A stretch of DNA of 63,654 bases, the filler included, from Octopus bimaculoides (Eukaryota), in assembly GCF_001194135.2 (NCBI RefSeq). It is 7 parts of 6 records of this genome, joined end to end, with 100 filler letters (N's around TTAATTAATTAA, not from the genome) between each part and the next. Parts side by side here need not be neighbours in the genome. Positions count along the whole stretch, not along the records: positions 62,304 to 63,654 come from NC_068985.1; 6 more parts are not named here. The stretch is one strand, 5' to 3'. The translations under genes were made by a program, and so were the position numbers. This document shows, piece by piece, positions 63,581 to 63,654 of the stretch (the stretch's first letter is position 1; every line of letters starts with the position of its first letter). The notes under the pieces were generated by a model. It searched no databases. It was not told where the DNA came from and saw only the letters and a list, made by a program, of their open reading frames with translations.

Positions 63581-63654
<74 letters not shown>
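63581..63654. repeat. (AAT)n tail/target of the R4/Dong element
   Basis: Pure AAT tract immediately 3' of the element. Confidence 0.97.

Overview
AT-rich, repeat- and microsatellite-dense eukaryotic draft-assembly DNA; the repeat landscape suggests a coleoid cephalopod, most likely Octopus (inference). Three host genes are supported. (1) The last five coding exons of FEN1 on + (1020-7651). (2) A complete two-coding-exon C/EBP-family bZIP gene on - (14075-11208, 206 aa), convergent with FEN1. (3) The last five coding exons of NUP88 on + (21592-24455), with no 5' exons found. From about 25 kb to the end I find no credible host gene, only SINEs, LINE relics (RTE, Tx1/L1, R4/Dong, CR1-like), Penelope-like relics, DNA transposons/MITEs, microsatellites and N gaps. 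Six gaps carry an artificial TTAATTAATTAA linker. No CRISPR array, rRNA or true tRNA gene is visible. The best leads are: three sequence-unrelated hammerhead-ribozyme-like motifs linked to Penelope-like DNA; retroelements sitting inside specific microsatellites ((AAT)n and (CTAT)n); a 666-bp TIR transposon carrying a SAP+SWIM ORF relic that the ORF track largely missed; a 34-bp near-perfect hairpin; and a cluster of ATF4/CREB/C-EBP sites plus structured CpG-rich segments in the C/EBP intron. None is proven novel. All family assignments come from recalled motifs, not database searches.
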